From contig NC_002939.5 of assembly GCF_000007985.2 (NCBI RefSeq), forward strand, positions 300,001 through 332,000: DNA of 32,000 nt, given 5' to 3'. Shown here piece after piece: positions 1-7,913 of this stretch. Made by a program: the position numbers and the translations under genes. The notes under the pieces were generated by a model. It saw nothing but the letters and a program-made list of their open reading frames with translations, made no database searches and was not told the DNA's origin. This DNA comes from Geobacter sulfurreducens PCA. Lineage in GTDB: Bacteria > Desulfobacterota > Desulfuromonadia > Geobacterales > Geobacteraceae. The number at the start of each line of letters is the position of its first letter. Within the stretch, counting starts at the first letter, position 1.

Positions 1-3000
1 TGCCGGATTCACCTTCCGCAAAGGGCGCCGGTGCGCTCAGCGCGAAGTTGGTGTCGTCGTTGACAACCACCGTACTGTCACTGGCGGTGCCGATGATCCC
101 GGCCGACGGGTTGGTCAGGGTGAGGGTAAAGGTCTCGTTCCCTTCGGCCAGGGTGTCGGCGATGACGTCGAAGGTGACGGATTTGCTGGTTTCACCGGCG
201 GCAAAGGTAAGGGTGCCGGTGGGTAGAACACCGCCCTGAACGTCGCTTGTGGCGGCGCCGCCCGCGCCGGTGACGGCGTAGTCGATGGTGACGCTGTCGC
301 TCAGGTCGCCGGTGCGGGTAATGGTGTAGGCGATCTGAGTGGTGCCGGCGGAGCCTTCGGTCACGGAGGCGTTGGCAGCGCTGACGCTGAAGCTCTGGTC
401 GTCGTTGCGGATGATGCCGCCGACGGTGGCGTCCTGGATCAGCTGCGGCGTTGCGTCGGTAAGCTGGGCATTGCTGATGGTGACAGTGAACTCCTCATCC
501 TGCTCCACTACGGTGTCGCCGCTGACCGTGAAGCTGATCTCCTTGCTGGCTTCATTCTCGGCAAAGGAAAGCGTGCCGCCCGGCAGGCTGCCGCCGAAGT
601 CGTCGGCATTGGCTGGGGATGCGCCGCTACCGGCAACATCCCAGTCGACGGTGGCCGCGGAGCTGATGTCGCCGGCCCGGGTAACCCGGAAGGTGTAAGT
701 GACGGTGCCGCCATTGGCTTCGGTATGGTCGGCAGCAAGGGCAATGATGGAAAAGCCGGTATCATCGTTGCTGATGACGGCACTGGCGCTGTTGCCGGAC
801 ACTTCGGTATTGGCGCCGGCTCCCTGCAGTTGGATGCTGAAGGTCTCATCCTGCTCCACCTGGTTGTCCGTGGCCACTAAGACGGTAATGGTTTTGGAGG
901 TCTCGTCGGCGGCAAAGGATATGGTTCCCGACGGCAGGCCGCTGTTTGTGCCGAGCAGGTCCTGCCCCGCGACAAAGTCGTTGCCCGCGGCGGAACCGGC
1001 TCCGCCGGGAAGCTGCAGCACCCAGTCGATGGTGGTTTCCGTGGAGGTGTCGCCGGTGCGGGTCACGGTGAAGGTGAAGGAAGTAGCTTCGCCGTCGCCG
1101 GTGTTGTGCTCGTTTTGCGAGGCAGCGTCGGCGGTGATTGTCAGGGAGGCGTCGTCGTTGACCACGTCAGTCGTGGCTGTGGCTGAGGTGATGTAGGTCC
1201 GGTCGTGGGCCGGGTTGCCCGCCGGGTTGCTCAGCGTGATGGTGAGAGTTTCGTCGCTTTCGCTGACATTGTCGCCGATCTGGGTGAGATTGATGGTTTT
1301 GACGGTTTCGCCGGCGCCAAAGTTGATCGTGCCGGAGAGGGCCGTGCCGTTGGCGAAGTCGGCGGCGTCCATGCCGCTGGCGGACCAGTCGATGCTGACC
1401 GGGGAAGCCAGGTCACCCGTACGGGTAACGGTGAACTGCAGCACGCGGCTGCTGCCCGTTGCGCCTTCCATAACCGACGCGGTACCGGCGCTGATAGCGA
1501 TGCTGATATCGTCTGCCACCACCGTGCCGTTTGCCGATGCGGTCATGATGTCGGCATTGCCGTCGGCGCCCGAGAGGGTGATGGTAAAGCCCTCGCCGGG
1601 CTCGATGTCGGTGTCGCCGGAGGCCTGTACTTCGATTGTTTTTGTGGTTTCGCCCGGGGCGAAGACCAGCGTTCCGGACGGGAGCGTGCCGCCGAAATCC
1701 GCAGCGTCAACCGGATGCCCGCCCGAGCCGGCAAGGGCCCAGTCGACGGTGGTGGTTCCGGTGGTGACGCCGGTGCGGGTGACGGTGAAGACGTGGGTTA
1801 CTGTGCCGCTGTCTCCTTCCGCCAGTGTCGTGGTTGTTGCCGTTATGGCCAGTCCGGTATCGTCGTTGCGAATCACGCCATCCGCGCTGGCGGTGGTAAG
1901 AGTGGTTCCGTCCGACGGCGAGGAGAGGGTGACGCGGAATCCTTCGTCCGCTTCCTGGAAGTAGTCGCCGTTGACGGTGATCGTGATGGTCTTGCTGCTT
2001 TCATTGGCGGCGAATTCGAGGGTTCCGGAGGGGAGTGCGCCGCCGAAGTCCGCAGCATCGACCTGGTTGGCACCGACGCCAGCGACGCTCCAGTTTACCG
2101 TGGTGGCGCGGTCGAGGAAGCCGGTTCGGTTGACGGTGAAGGTAAAATCGCGCGTGCCGCCGGCGGCCGCCTCTGCCTGGTCGGCGTCGGTTGCCACGAT
2201 GCTCAGGGCGTCATCATCATTGAGAATTACGACATCGGTGCTGCCGCTGGCGATGGTGCTCCCCACGCCGGGGTTAACGAGGGTGATAGTGAACGCTTCG
2301 TCACTTTCGAGAGCGTTGTCTCCTGCAACGGCAAGGGTGACGGTCTTGCTGGCCTCGCCGGCGTTAAAGGTGATGAGGCCGTCCGGCAGTTGTCCGCCGA
2401 CGAAGTCGGCCCCATCTACAACTGCTCCGCCGTCGGCAGGGGCTACGACGTACTCCACCGTGTCCGCACCGCTGATGTCGCCGGTCCGGACAACCGTGAA
2501 GGTAACCGTAGTGGTGCCGTTGTGTCCCTCGGCGACCGGGGAAACGGACTCAAGGGTAAAGGCGGCATCGTCGTTGCGGATGTAACCGCCGACTTCGCTG
2601 ACCAGCAGCTCGGTTCCCTCCGAAGGACTGCTCAAGCGGATGGTGAATCCCTTGTCCGGTTCGATGATGTTATCGGTGGTGAGCGGAATGGTTACGACGC
2701 GGCTGGTAACGCCGCGGCTGAAAGTCAGATCGCCGGAAGGGAGTATCCCCGAGGCGAAATCCGCGGCGCTGACGCCGCTGCCGTCCGCGGAGACCAGTTC
2801 CCAGTGCACGGTGGACTCGCCGGTAGTGTCGCCCGTACGCTGCACGGTAAACGTCAGTTGCGACGGCGTACCCGGATTCCCTTCTGCCTTGTCCAGATTG
2901 GTGGCAACCAGCGTGAGTCCCGAATCGTCATTGAGGATCATGCCAGAGGCGTGGTCCGTTTCCAGCACGACTCCCAGCTGACTGGTAGAGAGCACGATCT

Positions 3001-6000
3001 CATAGCTCTCGTGCGGTTCATAGGCTGCATCAGTGCTGGGGGTGATGGTCAGGGTCTTCACTGTTTCGCCCGGAGCGAAGGTAACGCTGCCCGACGGCAG
3101 AGTGCCGCCGAAGTCAGCGGCATCGACCGGATTGGCCCCCGTTCCGGCAAGGTGCCAGTCGACGGTGACTTCGCTATCAACATGAGATGAGCGGGTCAGC
3201 GTGAAGGTATGGCTGCGGGAGACGGCGCCGGTTCCTTCTTTGACGATGCTGTCAGTTGCCGCGATGTTGATTGCCGCATCATCCGGGATGATGGATGCTA
3301 CGGCCGTGTTTGTCCCGATGATTGAGTTGCTGTCGAGGGTGTGCAGGGCGACCTGAAAGCTCTCGTACCCCTCGAGTACGCTGTCTCCTTCAAGGTTTAC
3401 GGAAAGAATCTTCGATGTTTCGCCGGCTGCGAAGCTGATAGTGCCGGTCAGAGGGGTTCCTGCGGCAAAATCGTTGGCCTCGGTGGGGTTTTCGCCATAT
3501 TCCGAGAGCGTGTAGCCGACGGAACCGGGCTGAGACGTGTCTCCCGTGCGGGTGATGAGGAACTGCTGGATTCCCCCGGTCCCGTTTCCTTCCACCGTAG
3601 CGGCGGTGACCGCATGAATGCTGTACTGGGTTTCGTCGGAGCGGATGACGCCCTCGATTTCCCCGTTGATGATGATGGTGCTGGGGGGCGCATTGGCCAG
3701 CACGATGCTGAAGGTTTCGTTCAGTTCCGGCACGGCATCCCCGGCCACGTAGATCGTGACCGTCTTGCTGGTTTCATCGGGGCCGAAGCTGATGGTGCCG
3801 CTCGGACGGCCGGCGTTGTCGCCCAGGCTGTCCGGAGAGCCGGTGAAGTCGAAGCCGTCCGGCACCGTGCTGCCGCGGGGGATCAGTCGGTAATCGATGG
3901 TCATGGGCAGGGTAAGGCTGTCGGAGCGGACAACGTGGAAGGTGATCGCCCTTTGTTCGCCGATTCCCCCCTCGACCACGTCCATGACGTCGCCGAAGAT
4001 GCTGAAGCCCACGTCGTCGTTGACAATGGTGGAGCTCGCTTCGTCCACCCCCAGAACGAGGTTCAGGCCCGGATTGGACAGGCGTACCGTCAGGGTTTCG
4101 TCGGGCTCGATAATCCGGTCTCCGGTCACCGTGATGCTGATGGTCTTGGTCGCTTCACCCTCGGCGAACGTAACCGTGCCTGAAGGAAGCGTCCCGCCGA
4201 AATCAGCCGCATTCACGGTGCCGCCGGCCACATCCCAGTCGACGCTGCTGGCGCTGAGGGTGTTGGTACGGGTGACGGTGAAGGTGACCACCCGGCTGTC
4301 GCCGGTATCCCCTTCGGGAACCGACACGGCCGTCGCCGCTATCGACACCTCGCCGTCGTCGTCGGCAATGGTTGTGGCCGAAGAGTCGGCCGTGCCGAGA
4401 TCGATATCGTTGCCAGGGTTGCCAAGGGTGACGACCAAGTCCTCGTTGCTCTCGATGGTCCTGTCGCCGACAACTTCTACCGTAAATGTCTTGCTGGTTT
4501 CGCCTATGGCGAAGGTGACGGTTCCGACTGCGGCCTGGCCGGCGGCAAGGTCGGCGGCATCGACGCCACTGATGGCCCAGTCGACGCTACTGGCATTGAG
4601 GGCACTGGTGCGCGTCACGGTGTAGGTGAGGATGGTGCTTGTCCCCTCGGAACCTTCTGCGATGGTTGTCAGGTCAACGGCAATGGCGGCGCTGGCATTA
4701 TTGTCCAGAACAGAGAGCTCTACCGCCTGCTCGGTGGAGTGCCCCGCGGCATCAGTGGCCACAACCGTAAAGCTGTAGCCGGATTTTGCTTCATGGTCAG
4801 GGTTGTCGGCTAGTGTGACCGCACCGGTGACGGCATCGATCGTCAGAGCGGCATCGCTACCCGCCTTGAGGCTCCAGGTGACGCCGCCGCTGATGTCTGC
4901 CGCATCGTCGGCCACGGCAGTGTAAATGACTTGGCCGGCACCGGTGTTTTCGGCAATATCGGCCGTGGGTCCCGAGGTGATGGAGGGTGCCACCTCGTCC
5001 AGGTTGTCAATGGCCAGGGTGACGGTCTGCTCGGTGGAGTGCCCCGCGGCATCGGTTGCCACGACGGTGAAGCTGTAGGCGGGCTTGGCCTCGTAGTCCG
5101 GGTTGCCGGTGAGAGTCACTTCGCCGGTGGCGGCGTCGATGGTGAACAGGGCAGCGTCTCCGTCCGCCTTGAGGCTGAAGGTGACGCCGCCGCTGATGTC
5201 TGCCGAGTCGTCTGCCGCGGCGGTATAGACCACCTGCCCGGGGCCGCTGTTTTCCTCGATCGCCGCAGCCGTGGGGCCCGAGGTGATGGAGGGTGCCACC
5301 TCGTCCAGGTTGTCAATGGCCAGGGTGACGGTCTGCTCGGTGGAGTGCCCTGCGGCATCGGTTGCCACGACGGTGAAGCTGTAGGCGGGCTTGGCCTCGT
5401 AGTCCGGGTTGCCGGTGAGAGTCACCTTGCCGGTGGCGGCGTCGATGGTGAACAGGGCAGCGTCTTCGTCCGCCTTGAGACTGAAGGTGACGCCGCCGCT
5501 GATGTCTGCCGAGTCGTCTGCCGCGGCGGTATAGACCACCTGCCCGGGGCCGCTGTTTTCCGCAATCGTCGCAGCCGTGGGTCCCGAGGTGATGGAGGGT
5601 GCCACCTCGTCCAGGTTGTCAATGGCCAGGGTGACGGTCTGCTCGGTGGAGTGCCCCGCGGCATCGGTTGCCACGACGGTGAAGCTGTAGGCGGGCTTGG
5701 CCTCGTAGTCCGGGTTGCCGGTGAGAGTCACCTCGCCGGTGGCGGCGTCGATGGTGAACAGGGCAGCGTCTCCGTCCGCCTTGAGACTGAAGGTGACGCC
5801 GCCGCTGATGTCTGCCGAGTCGTCTGCCGCGGCGGTATAGACCACCTGCCCGGGGCCGCTGTTTTCCGCAATCGTCGCAGCCGTGGGTCCCGAGGTGATG
5901 GAGGGTGCCACCTCGTCCAGGTTGTCGATGCCAATGGTTACCGACGTGGTGCTGGTCAGGCCATAGGTGTCAGTGGCGGTGATGTCGATCGAGTAACTGC

Positions 6001-7681
6001 TTTTCGATTCATAGTCAGCGGGGTTCTTGAGCGTGACCTCGCCGGTGGCGACGTCAATGGTGAACAGGTCGGCGTCGGTTCCTCCCAGGCTGTAGCTCAG
6101 GGGGTTGTTCTCCAGGTCGCTGGTTGCCTCCGCCCGGTAGACCACCGTGCCAACGGCTTCATTCTCGGCGACGGCTCCGCTGGTGCTGGATGCGAACACC
6201 GGCGAACTGTCGGGCACGACTCCCACGTCGTAAAAAATGGTTCGCGGTTGTCCGTCCGTACCGATGTACGTTGCCTGTAAACGCAAATGGTGAAGTATGT
6301 CGGTTGGCCTGATGGTGTAGTCACTTCCGGTTTCGCCGGCTATGGGGGTCCAGGTGGTTCCGTCGATGCTTTCCAGCCACTGGTAGGTCACCTCCAACCC
6401 CGTGGTGCTGCCCATCCCCAGTCCGCCGTCCAGCGTCTGCCCCACCTTGACATTGCCGGCCACAATCAGGTCGGCGAAGATGGTATTGTTCAGGGCGGTA
6501 TTGATGTCGTCGAGGCTGGTCGCGTCGTTTACGGCCACCACGGTTGATGAGAACTGGTTGGCTGCCGTCGTGTCGTTGGCCGACTGCAGTGCAGTGGTGA
6601 CCTCATCCGTCAGATAGGTCATGGTGCCGGGCAGAGGGGTTTCAGACGGGGCCAGGTGGGCGGCCAGGAAGGCAAAACCATCGCTGTCCGTGCCCGACTC
6701 CTCAATGAGCATGGCGGCGACAGCGAGAATCGCGGCCACTTTTTGAGCCTCTACGGCCGTTTCGGGCAGCGCCAGGTCGGTCGTCGCGTAGTCGATCTGG
6801 GGGAGACCAAGGGCCTGTATCACGGCCTCTTCGGCCTCTGCGGCAGTAATTTTTGCGTTCGGATTGGCTTCGTTGTATGCCTCCATATAGGCGGCAATGA
6901 GGCTGGTGACCGGGTTCAGGTAGCGATAGCCTTCGGGTGCCGTGAAATCAACCGTGACCGCCTCGCCCGTTACCGTGTCGATCCCCCCGTAGGCCACCAG
7001 CTTTAACTTATTGATGTCAGTTATGCCATTCTCGATCAGGTCGCCGACTGTTATGGTGAAGTTGCCGTCGGCATCGCTGGTTATGGCCTCGCTGTTGTGC
7101 GTCATGGCTTTGTCTATGCCATCGTCATAGACGCCGTTCTTGTTGATATCGTTGTAGATTGTCGCCCCGTGAACTGGGCCGTCGGTCACCCTTCCCGCAA
7201 AGGCAACGGCCGCAGTGTCAACGTGGGTCCCTTCGTCGTCGTCACCGTTGAGCGCCGCAACGGCGAAACCGATGCTCCCGCCGGCAACACCCACTGCCCC
7301 ACCGGCCCACCAGAGCCAGCCACCTTTGTCGTCACAGTCATCATCGTCATTGTTGTCGCCGCATTTTTCCTCTTTTCCGGTTTTTGTCTGGTCAGCGACA
7401 GACAGCGTATCAGCGAAGGACTGTTCGCCGGTAATGGCCGCCACATGGTCATAGGAAACATCCGCGGCCTCATCGGCAGTCATGTGGTCGGACTCGGTCT
7501 GCTCCGCGGCCACCGCCGCCTTTTCCTCCTGTTCTTCTCCTGGCTTGCGCACGGCAGTCTGCTTTTTGGGAGAGACAGGCCGAAAATCAAGACTTCCTTC
7601 GATAAAATCCTTTCCCGAAGAAGACAGCGGTATGGATTTTCCCTTGGCTGCACGCACTTGATCGTCGGACGTCTTTTTCAT
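1..7681 (-). CDS. Giant repeat-rich surface/adhesin-like protein. The 5' end is complete and the 3' end runs off the window (>2560 codons). Order: charged N-terminal region, single TM helix, adhesin-stalk-like region, 5 cadherin-like modules, at least 13 Calx-beta modules.
   Basis: Absent from the ORF track because there is no stop in the window. The reverse frame is anchored on ATG 7681-7679, preceded by GGAGGAACGA. In my hand translation it stays open down to position 2. The N-terminus reads MKKTSDDQVRAAKGK..., with a hydrophobic segment GGWLWWAGGAVGVAGGSIGFAVAAL. A repeated pattern TR.G......V.W.V.G.G....DF.GG.LPSGTL.F..GE..K.I.V....D...E.DE.F...L, ending in NDD/DDD, is the Calx-beta signature. 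Modules ending LAIDNLDEVAP with AENS..G and F.ID..TG.V are cadherin-like. Confidence 0.85.
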   Translation of the reverse strand, partial: MKKTSDDQVRAAKGKSIPLSSSGKDFIEGSLDFRPVSPKKQTAVRKPGEEQEEKAAVAAEQTESDHMTADEAADVSYDHVAAITGEQSFADTLSVADQTKTGKEEKCGDNNDDDDCDDKGGWLWWAGGAVGVAGGSIGFAVAALNGDDDEGTHVDTAAVAFAGRVTDGPVHGATIYNDINKNGVYDDGIDKAMTHNSEAITSDADGNFTITVGDLIENGITDINKLKLVAYGGIDTVTGEAVTVDFTAPEGYRYLNPVTSLIAAYMEAYNEANPNAKITAAEAEEAVIQALGLPQIDYATTDLALPETAVEAQKVAAILAVAAMLIEESGTDSDGFAFLAAHLAPSETPLPGTMTYLTDEVTTALQSANDTTAANQFSSTVVAVNDATSLDDINTALNNTIFADLIVAGNVKVGQTLDGGLGMGSTTGLEVTYQWLESIDGTTWTPIAGETGSDYTIRPTDILHHLRLQATYIGTDGQPRTIFYDVGVVPDSSPVFASSTSGAVAENEAVGTVVYRAEATSDLENNPLSYSLGGTDADLFTIDVATGEVTLKNPADYESKSSYSIDITATDTYGLTSTTSVTIGIDNLDEVAPSITSGPTAATIAENSGPGQVVYTAAADDSADISGGVTFSLKADGDAALFTIDAATGEVTLTGNPDYEAKPAYSFTVVATDAAGHSTEQTVTLAIDNLDEVAPSITSGPTAATIAENSGPGQVVYTAAADDSADISGGVTFSLKADEDAALFTIDAATGKVTLTGNPDYEAKPAYSFTVVATDAAGHSTEQTVTLAIDNLDEVAPSITSGPTAAAIEENSGPGQVVYTAAADDSADISGGVTFSLKADGDAALFTIDAATGEVTLTGNPDYEAKPAYSFTVVATDAAGHSTEQTVTLAIDNLDEVAPSITSGPTADIAENTGAGQVIYTAVADDAADISGGVTWSLKAGSDAALTIDAVTGAVTLADNPDHEAKSGYSFTVVATDAAGHSTEQAVELSVLDNNASAAIAVDLTTIAEGSEGTSTILTYTVTRTSALNASSVDWAISGVDAADLAAGQAAVGTVTFAIGETSKTFTVEVVGDRTIESNEDLVVTLGNPGNDIDLGTADSSATTIADDDGEVSIAATAVSVPEGDTGDSRVVTFTVTRTNTLSASSVDWDVAGGTVNAADFGGTLPSGTVTFAEGEATKTISITVTGDRIIEPDETLTVRLSNPGLNLVLGVDEASSTIVNDDVGFSIFGDVMDVVEGGIGEQRAITFHVVRSDSLTLPMTIDYRLIPRGSTVPDGFDFTGSPDSLGDNAGRPSGTISFGPDETSKTVTIYVAGDAVPELNETFSIVLANAPPSTIIINGEIEGVIRSDETQYSIHAVTAATVEGNGTGGIQQFLITRTGDTSQPGSVGYTLSEYGENPTEANDFAAGTPLTGTISFAAGETSKILSVNLEGDSVLEGYESFQVALHTLDSNSIIGTNTAVASIIPDDAAINIAATDSIVKEGTGAVSRSHTFTLTRSSHVDSEVTVDWHLAGTGANPVDAADFGGTLPSGSVTFAPGETVKTLTITPSTDAAYEPHESYEIVLSTSQLGVVLETDHASGMILNDDSGLTLVATNLDKAEGNPGTPSQLTFTVQRTGDTTGESTVHWELVSADGSGVSAADFASGILPSGDLTFSRGVTSRVVTIPLTTDNIIEPDKGFTIRLSSPSEGTELLVSEVGGYIRNDDAAFTLESVSPVAEGHNGTTTVTFTVVRTGDISGADTVEYVVAPADGGAVVDGADFVGGQLPDGLITFNAGEASKTVTLAVAGDNALESDEAFTITLVNPGVGSTIASGSTDVVILNDDDALSIVATDADQAEAAAGGTRDFTFTVNRTGFLDRATTVNWSVAGVGANQVDAADFGGALPSGTLEFAANESSKTITITVNGDYFQEADEGFRVTLSSPSDGTTLTTASADGVIRNDDTGLAITATTTTLAEGDSGTVTHVFTVTRTGVTTGTTTVDWALAGSGGHPVDAADFGGTLPSGTLVFAPGETTKTIEVQASGDTDIEPGEGFTITLSGADGNADIMTASANGTVVADDISIAISAGTASVMEGATGSSRVLQFTVTRTGDLASPVSIDWSASGMDAADFANGTALSGTINFGAGETVKTINLTQIGDNVSESDETLTITLSNPAGNPAHDRTYITSATATTDVVNDDASLTITADAASQNEHNTGDGEATSFTFTVTRTGDTSTETTIDWVLQLPGGAGSAAGNDFVAGQDLLGTNSGLPSGTISFAADETSKTITVLVATDNQVEQDETFSIQLQGAGANTEVSGNSASAVISNDDTGFSIIALAADHTEANGGTVTYTFRVTRAGDISSAATVDWDVAGSGASPANADDFGGSLPGGTLSFAENEASKEISFTVSGDTVVEQDEEFTVTISNAQLTDATPQLIQDATVGGIIRNDDQSFSVSAANASVTEGSAGTTQIAYTITRTGDLSDSVTIDYAVTGAGGAATSDVQGGVLPTGTLTFAAGETSKSVTFDVIADTLAEGNETFTLTLTNPSAGIIGTASDSTVVVNDDTNFALSAPAPFAEGESG
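2..4669 (-). repeat. Array of about 13 diverged Calx-beta coding modules, period about 355 bp (about 118 aa)
   Basis: The antisense image of the G-T/S-L-x-F-x-x-G-E-x-x-K core recurs near 200, 560, 915, 1320, 1665, 2015, 2360, 2715, 3075, 3435, 3790, 4160 and 4510. The modules are diverged at DNA level. Confidence 0.8.
4670..6199 (-). repeat. Five tandem cadherin-like coding modules, exactly 306 bp (102 aa) each
   Basis: The string ggtgatggagggtgccacctcgtccaggttgtc starts at 4976, 5282, 5588 and 5894, an exact 306-bp spacing. One unit translates as APSITSGPTAATIAENSGPGQVVYTAAADDSADISGGVTFSLKADEDAALFTIDAATGKVTLTGNPDYEAKPAYSFTVVATDAAGHSTEQTVTLAIDNLDEV. Confidence 0.85.
4976..5893 (-). repeat. 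Near-identical core of the cadherin array: 3 x 306 bp direct tandem copies
   Basis: By-eye alignment of 4976-5281, 5282-5587 and 5588-5893 shows only a handful of substitutions per unit (for example cacttcgcc / caccttgcc / cacctcgcc). The flanking units 4670-4975 and 5894-6199 are clearly more diverged. Confidence 0.85.
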
Positions 7682-7869
7682 TCGTTCCTCCCTGGATATT
7701 GTCATACGGCATGAGATGGCTTGGTTGAACGTGCTTCGTTGAGGCACGGCAATTCAGCTACAGCATCATTTTGACGTATCGGGAAGGGGAATGACGGCTA
7801 AAGACGGAAACGGCATTTTTTTGTTTTATTTTAATTTACTGGGTGTTAGGTGGGTGGGGGGGTGAATCC

Positions 7870-7912
7870 CCCTATCAGAAGTTGACACTGAAAGTATCAA
7901 TTTCTGATAGGG
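7870..7912. repeat. 43-nt near-perfect palindrome (CCCTATCAGAA-N21-TTCTGATAGGG, extendable to a 19-bp stem with a 5-nt loop). Possible operator/UAS or RNA stem-loop.
   Basis: 7870-7880 pairs perfectly with 7902-7912. The inner arms 7881-7888 / 7894-7901 pair with one wobble and one mismatch. The element lies 1 nt after the regulator stop codon (7914-7916) and about 190-230 bp upstream of the giant gene ATG. No U-tract follows on either strand. Confidence 0.5.
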
Positions 7913-7913
7913 A

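Noticed and set aside
4670-6199. Regular 306-bp direct repeats, considered as a possible CRISPR array or satellite.
   Set aside because: The units abut with no unique spacers. They are far longer than CRISPR repeats, are in phase with an open reading frame (102 codons each) and encode cadherin-like domains.
48-7714. Many long plus-strand track ORFs across the first 7.7 kb (for example 1205..3190 at 661 aa, 1215..1964, 1971..2585, 3341..4183, 3897..4625, 4931..6280 at 449 aa, 7097..7714), plus short minus-strand ORFs in other frames.
   Set aside because: Their translations are low-complexity (Val/Ser/Pro/Thr-rich or Gly/Arg/Ala/Asp-rich) and merely mirror the repeat periodicity of the opposite strand. 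The single minus-strand frame from ATG 7681 gives textbook Calx-beta and cadherin modules with no stop. These ORFs are antisense or off-frame artefacts of a high-GC repetitive gene.
7682-7913. An expected sigma54 (-24 GG / -12 GC) promoter upstream of the giant gene, given the adjacent EBP-like regulator.
   Set aside because: Reading the coding-strand spacer base by base, I found no TGGCAC-N5-TTGC-like element and no TGG at all in a suitable context. Only a computational PWM scan could find a very degenerate site.
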